64,000 nucleotides of DNA from Nanobdellota archaeon (lineage in GTDB: Archaea; Nanobdellota; Nanobdellia; Pacearchaeales; GW2011-AR1). The translations under genes were made by a program, and so were the position numbers. Under the pieces are notes generated by a model that worked only from the letters and a program-made list of their open reading frames with translations, ran no database searches and was not told the origin of the DNA. Positions 28,875-38,980 of the stretch are shown here, in pieces. The stretch is from assembly GCA_049324275.1 (NCBI GenBank), contig JBMOLG010000010.1, forward strand, positions 147,977 to 211,976, written 5' to 3'. Position 1 is the first letter of the stretch. Each line of letters begins with the position of its first letter.

Positions 28875-29079
28875 CTTGATTTCTGATTTTCGAAATTAAG
28901 AAGAGAATTAATGCAAATGATAAAAGAAGAGAGATTATATTAATAGATACAATTCTCACCCCAATTACTGCACCTGTAACTAAATTATCATTTATGCGCC
29001 CTCTTAAACTTGAGATAGTAAAGATTAAAGAAACAATGAAGAGCGCCCCTGAGATTGCCAGCAAGATGCCTTTTATCAT
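28867..29079 (-). CDS. Small two-TM membrane protein
   Basis: 70-aa hydrophobic ORF between two convergent genes. There is no further support. Confidence 0.35.
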   Translation of the reverse strand: MIKGILLAISGALFIVSLIFTISSLRGRINDNLVTGAVIGVRIVSINIISLLLSFALILFLISKIRNQAN

Positions 29080-29149
29080 CAGTAAATTATGACAATTCTA
29101 ATTTAAAAGTTTTTATGCGATATAGTCAATACTATAATTTTTAATATTT

Positions 29150-30169
29150 TCAAAATAATGTAGTCTGCTGGCCTTTTTCCTTTGCCTCTTTTAGTTTGTT
29201 TAAAGCTGAATCAATTCTTTCTTCTGAAAAATCCCTGGACATTAAAATTTTCTTTATTCTTTCGCTGTCGGGTTTTTTAAATGTCAGATTATAAGAATTT
29301 AAGCATTTCGGATGCTTGAATTCTTGATAAATCTTCTGCCAATCGAAATCTAGTTCATATTTATCGCTTTTTTCGATATATTCAAATATCTTAACCGGAT
29401 ATTTTTGCTGTTTTACAATTTCGAGTGCCCTTTTTTGCCCAATTCCCTTTATTCCCCCGGGGTTGTAATCTGTTCCTACTAAAATTCCAAGGCATATTAA
29501 TTGATCTATATTAATCTGCAGGGCATTTATAACATTTTCAAGTTCTACTAACTCTATGCTTACAGGAGCAAACCCTGAAACAGTCTTTCTTTTTTTTGCT
29601 AAGGTCAAATTTCTTATAAGCCTTGGAGTTCCATAAAGAAGCGAATCGTAATCTTGTGAAGCAGAACCCCATGCCATATCTAATTTTGCCAAGCATGCTG
29701 CTTCTCCCTCTCCCTCTCCAATAGCTTGCACGACAGGAATCCCCATCGCATCTAATAATTCCCCGCTTTCTTTAATTAAGGCATCTGTGATTTTAACAAA
29801 TTGCTGTGAATACTTTTTCATATCTTTGTTGTTGCCTTCTTCTTTAGACTTTTCATATTTTTCTTTTGCAATTTCTTTTGATCTGATTCTTTGTCCAATT
29901 TCCTTTGCTTTTAATTCGGGGGGCTTCCCATCAAAAACATAAATTAATTTTATTCCTTCTAGAATGAGATTAAGATTTCTGTAAAATAATCCAGATAAAT
30001 GGCTCGTAATTTTTTCATTCTTATCCATTAATGGCGTTCCATCTACCTGGCGAATTGTAGTTAAAAATTGGTATAACGCATTCATGCCGTCGACTGCAAT
30101 AGTTTTGTTTCTCAAATCTTTTAACAAAATTTCTTTTCTTGGAATTATTTCTGAGATTTGAATTCCCAT
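29150..30169 (-). CDS. fen: Flap endonuclease 1
   Basis: 'MGIQISEIIP...KTIAVDGMNALYQFL' XPG-N region, XPG-I region 'GEGEAACLAK...SQDYDSLLYG', and H3TH region 'LGILVGTDYNPGGIKGIG'. Confidence 0.92.
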   Translation of the reverse strand: MGIQISEIIPRKEILLKDLRNKTIAVDGMNALYQFLTTIRQVDGTPLMDKNEKITSHLSGLFYRNLNLILEGIKLIYVFDGKPPELKAKEIGQRIRSKEIAKEKYEKSKEEGNNKDMKKYSQQFVKITDALIKESGELLDAMGIPVVQAIGEGEGEAACLAKLDMAWGSASQDYDSLLYGTPRLIRNLTLAKKRKTVSGFAPVSIELVELENVINALQINIDQLICLGILVGTDYNPGGIKGIGQKRALEIVKQQKYPVKIFEYIEKSDKYELDFDWQKIYQEFKHPKCLNSYNLTFKKPDSERIKKILMSRDFSEERIDSALNKLKEAKEKGQQTTLF

Positions 30170-30201
30170 ATATTTTTTATGGATATAAGATTAATAAATT
30201 T

Positions 30202-30723
30202 TTATTCTTGAAAATATTTTTCAGAAATGTTTACATTGTATAAATTGGCCAATCTTTTATATTCATCAATCCAAAGATTTTGCATTCTGCATTGGCTTGA
30301 ACATGGCATAAATGGTATTATTAAATTTTTTTGAAATTTAGTTGTATATTCACAATATGCATTTACACAGCATTCAGGGTATCCTAAAATTAAACCTAAT
30401 CTTCTTTCACCATCTTTTATTTTTGTTGGATTAGTAAATCTTTCTAAGAGATTGTTAATTTTATTAATCTGGCTTTTTTCAGCTATGAAATATTTATCTT
30501 CCCATGCTTTTATCATTTGATAATCTTTAGTATAGTGCTGAAGAAAATTAATTTGATTCTTAAATCTTGGAATCTTAGTCTGGGCATAACAATTGAATGA
30601 TTTGTAATGCGTAATTAATCCTATTAATGCAACTTTTCTGAATCCCCCTGTAACTGAATGGATGTCCAAATATGTTGTTATTCTTCCAATAATTTTTTTC
30701 AATTGTTCTTCTGTATGCATCAT
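30202..30723 (-). CDS. Hypothetical protein with 'GYPECC...PCSxxC' cysteine motifs
   Basis: 173-aa ORF. 'LGLILGYPECCVNAY' and 'IPFMPCSSQCRMQ' are reminiscent of a small archaeal DUF (possibly DUF483). This comes from memory only. Confidence 0.45.
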   Translation of the reverse strand: MMHTEEQLKKIIGRITTYLDIHSVTGGFRKVALIGLITHYKSFNCYAQTKIPRFKNQINFLQHYTKDYQMIKAWEDKYFIAEKSQINKINNLLERFTNPTKIKDGERRLGLILGYPECCVNAYCEYTTKFQKNLIIPFMPCSSQCRMQNLWIDEYKRLANLYNVNISEKYFQE

Positions 30724-30767
30724 AGAAATATTAATTTAATCGATTAAATTAAATAATAAAAGAAAGA

Positions 30768-30808
30768 CTTATAAATATGTATTATTTTTAATTATTATAA
30801 GGAGGTGA
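30768..30808 (+). promoter_or_regulatory. TATA-like box (30768-30777) and strong Shine-Dalgarno GGAGGTGA (30801-30808) for the small ORF at 30813
   Basis: 'cttataaata' lies 35 nt before the ATG. 'ggaggtga' ends 4 nt before the ATG. This is one of the very few canonical SD sites in the window. Confidence 0.5.
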
Positions 30809-30812
30809 AAAT

Positions 30813-30974
30813 ATGCCACAAGCTAAAAAGTCAAAAAAGGGGAATTCTGCCAAATCAAAAACAATTGCAGTTAAAGCTCAAGAAGAAAAATGTTCTTGTA
30901 AGAAATGCAATTGGTGGGTTTGGGCACTCATAATTCTAGTTTTATTAATATTAGGAATAATTCTATTAAAATAA
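30813..30974 (+). CDS. Small (53 aa) tail-anchored membrane protein, below the ORF-track cutoff
   Basis: 'MPQAKKSKKGNSAKSKTIAVKAQEEKCSCKKCNWWVWALIILVLLILGIILLK' has a basic N-terminus, CxC-x2-C, and a C-terminal TM helix. It is preceded by a perfect SD. Confidence 0.5.
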   Translation: MPQAKKSKKGNSAKSKTIAVKAQEEKCSCKKCNWWVWALIILVLLILGIILLK

Positions 30975-31010
30975 GTTAAAACTTATAAATTAATTTAGTT
31001 TTTGTAATTT

Positions 31011-33479
31011 ATGGAATTAGATTTTATCCCAATAGATTATTCCAATTTCGATTTTAATGAAAATAATTATGTTAGGCTAATTGGAAGAACAAGAGAAGGA
31101 AAAAGAATTTGTGTTATTGATAATTATGATGCAAATTTTTGGGTTATACTTAAGGAAAATGTTAATGAAAAACGCATTGATTCAATTAAAAAAGAGATTG
31201 AAAAGATTGAAATTAAATCTGCTTCTAGGACCACCAAGGTTTTGAAAACTGAAATTTTCAATAAAAAATTTTTAGGCAAAGAAGTAAAAGCCATAAAAGT
31301 TTTCATTACTAACTATAAAGATGCACATGCAGTTGCGGACAGGATTGATTTTGATGAAGTTGACAAACGAAGAGAATTTGATATTTCTTTAATTTCAAAA
31401 TACATCATGGAAAAGAATATTAATCCATTGACATGGCATAGTGTTAGTGGGGAACTTTTGAAGCCAAGAGATTTTGAAGGCATTAATTTTAATTTAAATA
31501 TTGACTTGTGTATAAAAGCCGAAAAAATATGGCTGTCTGAAAATCAGGAAGTATTTGAGCCGAAAATTCTTGCTTTTGATATTGAAGCTGATGAATTTGA
31601 AATTGGGAAGGGGGATGTTCTGATGATTTCATTGTATGGGAAAAATTTCAAAAAAGTATTAACTTGGAAAAAATGTTCAATTAGGCAGGATTTTGTAGAA
31701 TGTTCAAAGAATGAAAAAGATATGCTAGAAAGATTCGTTCATTATGTAAGGGAATATGATGCGGACATTTTAACAGGATACTTTTCTGACGGATTTGATC
31801 TGCCTTATCTTAGGGCTAATGCAATAAAAAATAAAATCCGCCTTTCTTTGGGCGTAGATAAATCTCAGCCTATTTTTGCACGGGGGAGAATTCCTTCTGG
31901 AAAACTTTCAGGAATTGTTCATGTTGACTTATTTAGATTTATAGAAGCTGTCTATTCTCAATATCTGCAATCTGAAACCTTGTCATTGGATGAGGTTGCA
32001 TCCGAATTGCTAGGAGAAAGAAAGTGCGAGTTTGATTTTGCCAAGCTAATGAAAATGAAAGAGGATGATTGGAGGCAATTTTTTGAATACAACCTTAATG
32101 ATTCCTGCCTTACTTATAAATTGGCTGAAAAACTTTGGCCGGATCTGTTTGAATTTACAAAAATTATGAAAGAGCCATTATTTGATGTTTCAAGGGATAG
32201 CATGTCTTCGCATGTTGAAAATTACATTCTTCACAATCTAAGCCGATTTAATGAAATTGCAGAGAAAAGGCCATTGCATGATGAAATTATTTTAAGGAGG
32301 GGAAGGGAAAAATATGAGGGTGCTTTTGTTTTTCAGCCAAAACCGGGATTGTATGAAAATATAGTTATATTTGATTTTACAAGCATGCATGCGAGCATAA
32401 TTGTTTCTTTTAATATTTCAAAATCTACATTTCTTGAAAAAAAACAAAAAGACTCTTATGAATCTCCTGAATTGGATTTTAATGGAAAAAAAATTAAATT
32501 TTATTTTTCAAAGAAAAGCGGATTTTTCCCGGAACTTCTTTCAGAGATTGTAGATAAAAGAAAGCAATTTAAGAAAGAGCTTAAAAAAAATCCCAATCCT
32601 ATCTTGAAGGCAAGAAGCAATGCATATAAACTTTTAGCCAACGCTTCATACGGTTATCTTGGATTTTTTGGGGCAAGATATTATTGTGTCGAGGCTGCGG
32701 CCACAACATTGGCACTTGTAAGAAAATTTACAAATGAGACAATTAAGAAAATTGAAAGCAATGGATATGAAGTTATATATTCTGATACGGATAGTGTCGC
32801 ATTTTTAGCCGGAAATAAATCTCAAAATAATGTTTTGGACTTATTGGGTGTGATTAATTCTGAACTTCCCGGCATAATGGAATTGGAATTGGAAGATTTT
32901 TATAAAAGGGGCCTATTTGTTTCGAAAAGAACTGTGAAGTTAGGGGCAAAGAAAAAATATGCATTGATTGATTTCAAGAATAAATTAAAGATACGTGGAT
33001 TTGAAACAGTAAGAAGAGATTGGTGTGAGCTAACACGTGATTTGCAAAACAAAGTCCTTGAAAAAGTTTTGACTAATGGAGATGAAAAAGAAGCATTAAA
33101 ATTAATCAAGGAGGTGGTTAGTAAGGTAAAAAGGCGAGAAATTGATAAAAAATTATTGATAATCAAGTCGCAGTTAAGGAAGGACATAATGGATTACAAG
33201 GCAATTTCACCACACGTTATTGCGGCTAGAAAAATGATTGAACAAGACATTCCGATTTCTCAAGGCTCATTGATTGAATTCTATATTGCTGAGAATAATC
33301 AAAAAAAATCTCTCGTAAGAGAAAAAGTAAAACTGCCAAATGAAGAAGGAAATTATGATATTAATTATTATCTTGAAAGACAAGTCCTCCCTGCCGTTGA
33401 AAATATTTTAGAAGTATTTGGAGTTGATATTAAAAATATTATTAATGGAAAAAAGCAAATGAAACTTGGAGAATTTTAG
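31011..33479 (+). CDS. polB: Family B DNA polymerase
   Basis: Exo I 'FDIEA', pol motif A 'DFTSMHASII', motif B 'KLLANASYGY', motif C 'YSDTDS'. The C-terminal 'QMKLGEF' is PIP-like. There is no intein. A TATA-like box at 30982-30990 lies 20 nt before the ATG. Confidence 0.93.
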   Translation: MELDFIPIDYSNFDFNENNYVRLIGRTREGKRICVIDNYDANFWVILKENVNEKRIDSIKKEIEKIEIKSASRTTKVLKTEIFNKKFLGKEVKAIKVFITNYKDAHAVADRIDFDEVDKRREFDISLISKYIMEKNINPLTWHSVSGELLKPRDFEGINFNLNIDLCIKAEKIWLSENQEVFEPKILAFDIEADEFEIGKGDVLMISLYGKNFKKVLTWKKCSIRQDFVECSKNEKDMLERFVHYVREYDADILTGYFSDGFDLPYLRANAIKNKIRLSLGVDKSQPIFARGRIPSGKLSGIVHVDLFRFIEAVYSQYLQSETLSLDEVASELLGERKCEFDFAKLMKMKEDDWRQFFEYNLNDSCLTYKLAEKLWPDLFEFTKIMKEPLFDVSRDSMSSHVENYILHNLSRFNEIAEKRPLHDEIILRRGREKYEGAFVFQPKPGLYENIVIFDFTSMHASIIVSFNISKSTFLEKKQKDSYESPELDFNGKKIKFYFSKKSGFFPELLSEIVDKRKQFKKELKKNPNPILKARSNAYKLLANASYGYLGFFGARYYCVEAAATTLALVRKFTNETIKKIESNGYEVIYSDTDSVAFLAGNKSQNNVLDLLGVINSELPGIMELELEDFYKRGLFVSKRTVKLGAKKKYALIDFKNKLKIRGFETVRRDWCELTRDLQNKVLEKVLTNGDEKEALKLIKEVVSKVKRREIDKKLLIIKSQLRKDIMDYKAISPHVIAARKMIEQDIPISQGSLIEFYIAENNQKKSLVREKVKLPNEEGNYDINYYLERQVLPAVENILEVFGVDIKNIINGKKQMKLGEF

Positions 33480-33504
33480 TAGAATTTTTTTAAGAATGCA
33501 ATCT

Positions 33505-33723
33505 TTAAATTATAGGTACAATATTTTTTCCTTCAATAGTTATTTTATACGGGCAGGGCCTTGAATCGTAGCAAAGATGATATTTCTCTCCTGAAAGCGA
33601 TTCATCCAATTCGCCGATATGACTCGGCTTATCATTCACTAACCCGCATGTTGGATAGGGCATCTCTTCCAAACTTTTCTTCTCCATATAAGGAAAGATT
33701 GATGCAATTTTTTTAATTTGCAT
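33505..33723 (-). CDS. Hypothetical small protein
   Basis: 72-aa ORF with several Cys/His residues ('CGL...HLCYDSRPCP'). I recognise no family. Confidence 0.35.
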   Translation of the reverse strand: MQIKKIASIFPYMEKKSLEEMPYPTCGLVNDKPSHIGELDESLSGEKYHLCYDSRPCPYKITIEGKNIVPII

Positions 33724-33804
33724 TAGTATTTTTTTAAACGACTTATAATAATTTGTAAAAAAAACTACAATTTAATTTTATAAATAAACTATGCATTAAG
33801 ATTT

Positions 33805-34575
33805 ATGGCATTAAAGTTAAGTTTAAATCATGAAACAATAAGAGCTAAGGATTTATTGATTCCAATATACAAGGAATTTTCAGGCCCAATGATTGAAGAG
33901 ATGCCAAGGCTTATTGCAGAGATTAGGAATCCGATGAATATTTCAAATGTCATGCAAAGAAGACTTGAATTTATTGCAGAACCTTTTTGTAAGGAACATA
34001 AAATGTTTAAATCACAATTGGCATTATATGTTGAAGAAAATTGGAAAAAATTTTATAGTTCAGAAGAAGAAGCATTGAATGATTGGAATGTTGTTAAATT
34101 CTCTTGGCTAGACAATTATTTTGATTCAGCAGATTCAGTGATATATGATACAGAATTCATGAAAGTTGACCTTGATTCTGAAATTTTAAGAAAAATAAAT
34201 CCTGGAAGCAAAATAAACAGAGGAGCATTAATTTCAATCAAAGATTATTATGAAGCATTATCCGGAATAAAATTTAAGATTGAATCTGAGAGAACAAATT
34301 GGAAATTAAGAGAAGAAATTAAAGCTTCCTTGTTCTGGAAAACTGTTGCAAGGAATCAAGATATACTTGAGAATTATACTGATTTTGTATTTGATGAAAC
34401 AAAGAAAAAATATAATTATAACACTGCAATGTCAACTTATTTTGAGTCGGACATAACTCAAATTGAAATGAAAGGAATATGCCTTAAATCAATCTATGTC
34501 AGCTCTGAAATTGATGGGAGGCTTGACTTAGATGATGGAAAAAGTAGACTAGTTGGAATAATGCCAGCTGAATAA
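33805..34575 (+). CDS. Hypothetical protein
   Basis: 256-aa ORF. A TATA-like box 'ttttataaat' ends 19 nt upstream of the ATG. Confidence 0.5.
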   Translation: MALKLSLNHETIRAKDLLIPIYKEFSGPMIEEMPRLIAEIRNPMNISNVMQRRLEFIAEPFCKEHKMFKSQLALYVEENWKKFYSSEEEALNDWNVVKFSWLDNYFDSADSVIYDTEFMKVDLDSEILRKINPGSKINRGALISIKDYYEALSGIKFKIESERTNWKLREEIKASLFWKTVARNQDILENYTDFVFDETKKKYNYNTAMSTYFESDITQIEMKGICLKSIYVSSEIDGRLDLDDGKSRLVGIMPAE

Positions 34576-34606
34576 CTTTTTTAAATGTATTTCTCTTTTT
34601 TTAATA

Positions 34607-35575
34607 ATGAATTATAAAGAAAAAATAAAATATTTCCCTAAGCCTCTTTTTGTTGAAAGAATGAAAAAGCTTATTCCAGATTATGAAACATTTTTTGAAA
34701 TATCTTATACAGAAACGCCTGATTCAATAAGATGCAATACACTGAAAATAAAGCCTGAAGAGTTAAAAAATAAATTAGAAAGAAAGGGCTGGAAAATAAA
34801 ACAGCCATTTAAGGAATTTCCTGAAATTATGATTGTTGAAAGCAGGCTGAAACCTGGAGAGCTTGGAAATGCCAAAGAACATTTATTAGGTTATTTTTAT
34901 GTTCAGGAAATCAGCTCTATGCTTCCAATGCTTGCATTAATGCCAAAGCCAGGGGATATGATTCTAGATTTATGCGCTTCGCCTGGTTCTAAAACAACAC
35001 AGGCGGCCTCAATGATGGAAAATAAAGGTACAATCATTGCAAATGATAATGACTTAAATCGAATTGCAATACTCTCTGCCAATCTTGAAAAATGCGGGGT
35101 AATGAATGCAATTGTAACAAGGCGTGATGGAGTCCAGCTATGCGAAACTTTGGCTCAAAAATCAAATTTTAGATTTGATAAAATATTAGTTGATGCACCA
35201 TGTTCTGGAGAGGGAACATTAAGAAAAAGCCCGAAGACATTTTTGATGTGGAACATAAACATGATAAAAAAGTTTTCGAGAGTTCAAAAAAAATTAGCAG
35301 GATCTGCACTTAAGCTTCTTAAGCCAGGGGGGGAAATGGTTTACTCCACTTGCACGCTTACTCCTGAAGAGGATGAGTCTGTCGCAGATTTTTTAGCAAA
35401 AAATTTTGATGTTACAATCCAAAAAATTAATCTTCCATTAAAAACACGGGAAGGCATCAAATCATGGGAAGGGAAGGAATTTGATGAAAATATAAAATTT
35501 GGCTGCAGAATTTATCCGCAGGATAATAATACAGACGGATTTTTTTTAGTTAAAGTAAAAAAAAATACAGCATAA
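34607..35575 (+). CDS. NOL1/NOP2/Sun-family RNA cytosine-C5 methyltransferase
   Basis: SAM motif 'ILDLCASPGSKTT' and catalytic motifs 'LVDAPCSGEGTLRKSP' and 'VYSTCTLTPEEDE'. Confidence 0.88.
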   Translation: MNYKEKIKYFPKPLFVERMKKLIPDYETFFEISYTETPDSIRCNTLKIKPEELKNKLERKGWKIKQPFKEFPEIMIVESRLKPGELGNAKEHLLGYFYVQEISSMLPMLALMPKPGDMILDLCASPGSKTTQAASMMENKGTIIANDNDLNRIAILSANLEKCGVMNAIVTRRDGVQLCETLAQKSNFRFDKILVDAPCSGEGTLRKSPKTFLMWNINMIKKFSRVQKKLAGSALKLLKPGGEMVYSTCTLTPEEDESVADFLAKNFDVTIQKINLPLKTREGIKSWEGKEFDENIKFGCRIYPQDNNTDGFFLVKVKKNTA

Positions 35576-35635
35576 ACTTTTATATTTTTAAATTGTTTAA
35601 TTTAATCAAAATAGAATTTTAGACAATTTATTTGC

Positions 35636-36130
35636 ATGTTCATAAAATTAAATTTGCATGATAATACCCGAATTAATATAAGAAGGGAAGATGGGGACAT
35701 ACTGCTTTATTCATTAAACAGATTAGCTTTAGAAATGCAGAAATTAAGCAGAGTTAATTCTGATTTGGAAATGATTACATTAAAAGCAGGAATTGTTTCA
35801 GCAAGGGTTTTCTGTGAAGAGCAAATTTCTGATGAAGTTAAAAATTATGAATCTGATATAGAACCTTTGAAAAGCTTTGGGTATTTTGGGATTTCTGTAA
35901 TTTACAGCAATCTTTTTTCTAATGAAACTTTTAAATTAACACAAAAATACTTTAAAGATTTATTTTTGTTGCAATCCGCCATAATTTTGGAAAAATCGAG
36001 AACTGAAAAGAATAAAAATTATCTGAAAAATCTTGAAGTTCCTTTTGAAAAATTTTCCAAAACTTATGAGGATATTTTTAATAAGCAGCAAACTTGTTTT
36101 GAGGAAATTAGAATATTCAAGTTAAATTGA
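35636..36130 (+). CDS. Hypothetical protein
   Basis: 164-aa ORF. I recognise no motifs. Confidence 0.4.
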   Translation: MFIKLNLHDNTRINIRREDGDILLYSLNRLALEMQKLSRVNSDLEMITLKAGIVSARVFCEEQISDEVKNYESDIEPLKSFGYFGISVIYSNLFSNETFKLTQKYFKDLFLLQSAIILEKSRTEKNKNYLKNLEVPFEKFSKTYEDIFNKQQTCFEEIRIFKLN

Positions 36131-36225
36131 ATAATTGCAGAATTTAAGCTAAAAATAGTTATGTTAATCTATTTATTATTGTCCATTTAAGATAAAGATA
36201 TAAAGCAATTATTTTTATTTAATTT

Positions 36226-36705
36226 ATGATTCAAATATTAGACAAAACAAAAAAGAAAAAAGTTATTGAGATAATTTCAAAATTTGGCATTCAAAAAATT
36301 CCATATCTTTTGTTAAGGACTGGCAAAGAAAGAATAAGGATTTATTCTGGTTCGCTTTCAAATGAAGAGATTATAAAGATACAGAACCTATTGCCAATTG
36401 AAGGGATTGGCTTGTATTTTGGAAAAGAAATTGACAATCAGATAAGATTAAATATTGATGCTATTCATGTTCTTAAAGATCAAATTTCAGATTTTATTGT
36501 TGAACTAAACACATTTCAAGAAACAGATTGGTTGCATGGGCGCGATATAATATTGGATGCAGAACAGCAGGAAAAATATAAGTCTTTTAAAGGGTTTGTA
36601 ATAGTCAAGACCGGAGAGGACTTTGTTGGGACTGGAAAAATCTCTACTGATAGAAAAATTGTTTTTTCATTTCTCTCAAAGGCAAGAAGGATAAAATCAA
36701 ATTAA
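36226..36705 (+). CDS. Putative PUA/NIP7-like RNA-binding protein
   Basis: The C-terminal 'GFVIVKTGEDFVGTGKISTDRKIVFSFLSKARRI' resembles the PUA-like tail of RsmF/NIP7 proteins. The gene sits near the m5C methyltransferase gene. Confidence 0.4.
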   Translation: MIQILDKTKKKKVIEIISKFGIQKIPYLLLRTGKERIRIYSGSLSNEEIIKIQNLLPIEGIGLYFGKEIDNQIRLNIDAIHVLKDQISDFIVELNTFQETDWLHGRDIILDAEQQEKYKSFKGFVIVKTGEDFVGTGKISTDRKIVFSFLSKARRIKSN

Positions 36706-36757
36706 TATAATTTTAAACAATAATGCTTAAAAATCCTCAATCAATTATTCTAATAAA

Positions 36758-37450
36758 ATGATTAAGGGGAACAATCATTCTGCCATTGATGAAAATTCTC
36801 CATTTTTCTATTCTATTTTGCTTGAATATAAAAAAATGAAAGAATCTGGGCATTGGGTTTCTAGTTTTTTTCCAGACTACAATCCAAGAGAACACAAAAC
36901 AAGAACAAATGCATGGATTTGTACTTTAATAAGCCATTTGGATATTGTTAAAAAAAATAAAATCAAATTAATCGATTCACCTCAAGATATAAATTTAATC
37001 AAATATAAATTGGATACAAATTACCATGTTGATATTGGAATCATAGTTGGCGAAAATTATTCTGGGGATTTAATCCGCGGGATTCCGGACAAAAGAAAAG
37101 CTAATTTACTAATACCATTTTCTGCCTTAGATCTAGAAAAAGATTTTGATAATGCTTTCCAGTATACCGAAAGCCAAAGTTCAATTTATGGAGCATATTT
37201 TTTTTATAATGGAGACTCTTGCGACAACCATTTATTAGAGAGCGGACTTGAAAAGCAAATTAGCCTGAAAGGGGATAAAGTTTATTTATTGTACTATGAA
37301 AAGTCTTATTCAAAAAATGGATTTTGCATTGAGCAAGACTTTTCAAAATCAAGGGAAAATGGAAAAATTATTTTTAAGCAAGATTCTTGCTATTATAGCC
37401 AAGTCCCAGTCAGGCCGCATAAATTTGAGCAGATGAATCTATTCCCGTAA
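36758..37450 (+). CDS. Hypothetical protein
   Basis: 230-aa ORF with no recognisable motifs. Confidence 0.45.
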   Translation: MIKGNNHSAIDENSPFFYSILLEYKKMKESGHWVSSFFPDYNPREHKTRTNAWICTLISHLDIVKKNKIKLIDSPQDINLIKYKLDTNYHVDIGIIVGENYSGDLIRGIPDKRKANLLIPFSALDLEKDFDNAFQYTESQSSIYGAYFFYNGDSCDNHLLESGLEKQISLKGDKVYLLYYEKSYSKNGFCIEQDFSKSRENGKIIFKQDSCYYSQVPVRPHKFEQMNLFP

Positions 37451-37625
37451 TCTTTTCTAATTTAACATTATCTTCTTTTAAATGTCTTGTTTGATTATCC
37501 ACATATAACATTTGTTTTCTAAAAAATTCTACTGGATTTGATTTATACAAAAACTCATTTTGAGCATAAAACTGATTATATGCATTAATTCTATATCTTT
37601 CATAAGTTCTAATATCTATTTTCAT
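37410..37625 (-). CDS. Hypothetical small protein
   Basis: 71-aa ORF whose 3' end overlaps the convergent gene by 41 nt. Confidence 0.3.
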   Translation of the reverse strand: MKIDIRTYERYRINAYNQFYAQNEFLYKSNPVEFFRKQMLYVDNQTRHLKEDNVKLEKITGIDSSAQIYAA

Positions 37626-37695
37626 CAGAAGATATCTAAATTTGAGTTTAAAAATATTTTTAAAAAACTTTTAAACTCCAAAACATTAAAATTTG

Positions 37696-38580
37696 ATGGA
37701 AAAACAAGTAATTGAAGATTATATTAATGCAGGAAGAATCGCTTCAGAAGTTGTAAAATTTGCCAAGAACTTTATTAGGCCAAATATGTTTCTAATTGAA
37801 ATTGCTGAAAAAATCGAAGGCAAAATTCAGGAACTTGGCGGAAGTATTGCTTTTCCTGTGAATCTTTCTCTTAATGAAGTTGCTGCACATTATACTCCTG
37901 GTTTGAGTGATAGAACAAGAGCAGGAGGAATACTTAAGGTGGATTTGGGCGTAGATATTAATGGTTATATTGCTGATTGTGCATTTTCTCTTGACCTTTC
38001 TGAAAAAAGTGAATTCGAGGACATAATTAAAACAAATGAAAAAGCACTGGAATCCGCTTTATTGGTGATAAAATCGAATGTTAAGATAGGAGAAATTGGA
38101 AGTGCTATTCAAAATTTTGTCGGCTCAAAATTTTCAATTGTTAAAAACTTATCCGGCCATTCTTTAGAAAAAGATTCTATTCATTCCGGAATAACTATCC
38201 CTAATTATTCAAATGATAACATGAACAAATTGAAGAATGTAGCAATTGCTATTGAACCTTTTTTGACTTTTGGAGATGGTTATGTTTATGAATCTTCAAA
38301 ATCTGAAATTTTTATGCTTCAAGATGATAAGCCATTAAGAGATAAAGATTCTCGTGCCTTGCTTAAATTCATAAAAGAAAATTATAAAACAAAGCCTTTT
38401 TGTAAACGATGGCTTGAAAGGGCAAACCTTTCTAAAATAAATTTTTCTTTAGCTCAACTTTGCCATCAGGGCATTTTGCATAATTTTCCTGTTTTAATTG
38501 AGAAAAGCAAAAAACCGGTAAGCCAATTTGAGCATACCGTTTTGATACTTGAAGAAAAGGCAATTATTACGACGAGGTAA
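37696..38580 (+). CDS. map: Methionine aminopeptidase, type 2 (archaeal)
   Basis: 'VAAHYTP', 'KVDLGVDINGYIADCAFS', 'LSGHSL', 'IAIEPF' and 'QFEHTVLI' are the metal ligands, in order. I prefer the ATG at 37696 to the track's TTG at 37693. Confidence 0.88.
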   Translation: MEKQVIEDYINAGRIASEVVKFAKNFIRPNMFLIEIAEKIEGKIQELGGSIAFPVNLSLNEVAAHYTPGLSDRTRAGGILKVDLGVDINGYIADCAFSLDLSEKSEFEDIIKTNEKALESALLVIKSNVKIGEIGSAIQNFVGSKFSIVKNLSGHSLEKDSIHSGITIPNYSNDNMNKLKNVAIAIEPFLTFGDGYVYESSKSEIFMLQDDKPLRDKDSRALLKFIKENYKTKPFCKRWLERANLSKINFSLAQLCHQGILHNFPVLIEKSKKPVSQFEHTVLILEEKAIITTR

Positions 38581-38590
38581 TATAAAAATC

Positions 38591-38809
38591 ATGTTGAGCT
38601 TTAAACAAAAATTGATTATTTGCATTCACATCTTTAGTATTATTTTGTTTACTTTATCGCCATTTGTTTTTAGCTGGAAACTAATTCTGTTGGGCATCTT
38701 TATTTTTTATGTTCAGCTAATCATTTTTGGAAACTGCATCCTTACCAGAATTCAATTTAATTCTAAAAAAAATTTAGAAAGCTTTTATTATTTTGTTTTA
38801 AAAAATTAG
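38591..38809 (+). CDS. Small two-TM membrane protein
   Basis: I prefer the ATG at 38591 ('MLSFKQKLIICIHIF...'). The upstream part of the track ORF overlaps map. Confidence 0.4.
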   Translation: MLSFKQKLIICIHIFSIILFTLSPFVFSWKLILLGIFIFYVQLIIFGNCILTRIQFNSKKNLESFYYFVLKN

Positions 38810-38980
38810 ATTTAGTTTTAAAAAGGAGAATGTTGATATTTTTGTCATATATATCAAGCCTTGGCTTATATTTTCATTTTCATTATTATGGCAGATTTAT
38901 CTCGGGCATTTTCCCATTATATTCTAACAATTTCATCAGGAATCTAAAAAACCTTAAAAACATCTAAACTTTATAATCTT

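Noticed and set aside
38829-38966. 45-aa ORF after an 'aggag' sequence downstream of the small membrane protein
   Set aside because: It might be a broken continuation of 38591-38809, but several stops in all frames separate the two. I have no independent support for it.
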